DNA of 63,985 nt, the filler included, from Alloascoidea hylecoeti (lineage: Eukaryota): NCBI GenBank assembly GCA_001600815.1. It is 4 parts of 4 records of this genome, joined end to end, with 100 filler letters (N's around TTAATTAATTAA, not from the genome) between each part and the next. Parts side by side here need not be neighbours in the genome. Positions count along the whole stretch, not along the records: positions 59,698 to 63,985 come from BCKZ01000064.1; 3 more parts are not named here. The stretch is one strand, 5' to 3'. The stretch's first letter is position 1, and the number at the start of each line of letters is the position of its first letter. The notes beneath the pieces were generated by a model. The model saw nothing but the letters and a program-made list of their open reading frames with translations. It did no database searches and was not told the origin of the DNA. Made by a program: the position numbers and the translations under genes. Of this stretch, positions 63,918 through 63,985 are shown piece after piece.

Positions 63918-63950
63918 CTATTCCATTTATAGGTAAAGATTTAGTTGAGT
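63918..63950 (+). CDS. cob: Cytochrome b micro-exon (33 nt, AIPFIGKDLVE+T)
   Basis: Conserved cyt b peptide; ends in T as expected before a group I intron. Confidence 0.9.
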
Positions 63951-63985
63951 CAACAAAAAAAATCTCCACCCTCCCTACGGGGGGG
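63951..63985 (+). mobile_element. Start of a probable group I intron at cob position ~490
   Basis: cob similarity stops after GTTGAGT, a site where fungal cob introns are common; only 35 nt visible. Confidence 0.55.

Noticed and set aside
59698..63985. Mitochondrial DNA inserted in a nuclear chromosome (NUMT)
   Set aside because: It follows an artificial linker and the 3.8-kb frame is intact under the mitochondrial code; most simply a separate mtDNA contig

Overview
AT-rich fungal DNA, most likely an intron-rich Saccharomycotina-type yeast that retains complex I. Four separate contigs are joined by artificial 100-bp N/TTAATTAATTAA/N linkers (23570-23669, 37082-37181, 59598-59697). Contig 1 (1-23569): a CACTA/EnSpm-type DNA transposon region with ~750-bp inverted repeats and nested hairpins, a secreted adhesin-like gene, rhomboid, MRP21, SHO1, NUP84, RPN6, NUP53, NUR1 and an orphan PD-(D/E)XK nuclease-like ORF. 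Contig 2 (23670-37081): RPP2/RPS15, ORT1, a PMP47-like carrier, a TYSND1-like protease, tRNA-Leu(CAA), a STE20 fragment and a second, frameshifted copy of the orphan nuclease-like gene. Contig 3 (37182-59597): two arrestin-fold pseudogenes, REX2, ACB1, NDUFA5, RIM15, SEC4 and a DUF726/MIL1-like gene. Contig 4 (59698-63985) is mitochondrial (TGA=Trp): two cob micro-exons (28 and 33 nt) flanked by group I introns and split by a 3.9-kb group II intron. That intron ends in AG instead of AY and encodes a ~1270-codon RT-maturase-HNH protein with a catalytic Asp->Asn change. Best novelty candidates: the multicopy orphan REase-fold family, the fold-back CACTA element, the GU...AG group II intron and a dispersed degenerate 24-bp repeat. 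All calls come from manual reading; no database searches were run.
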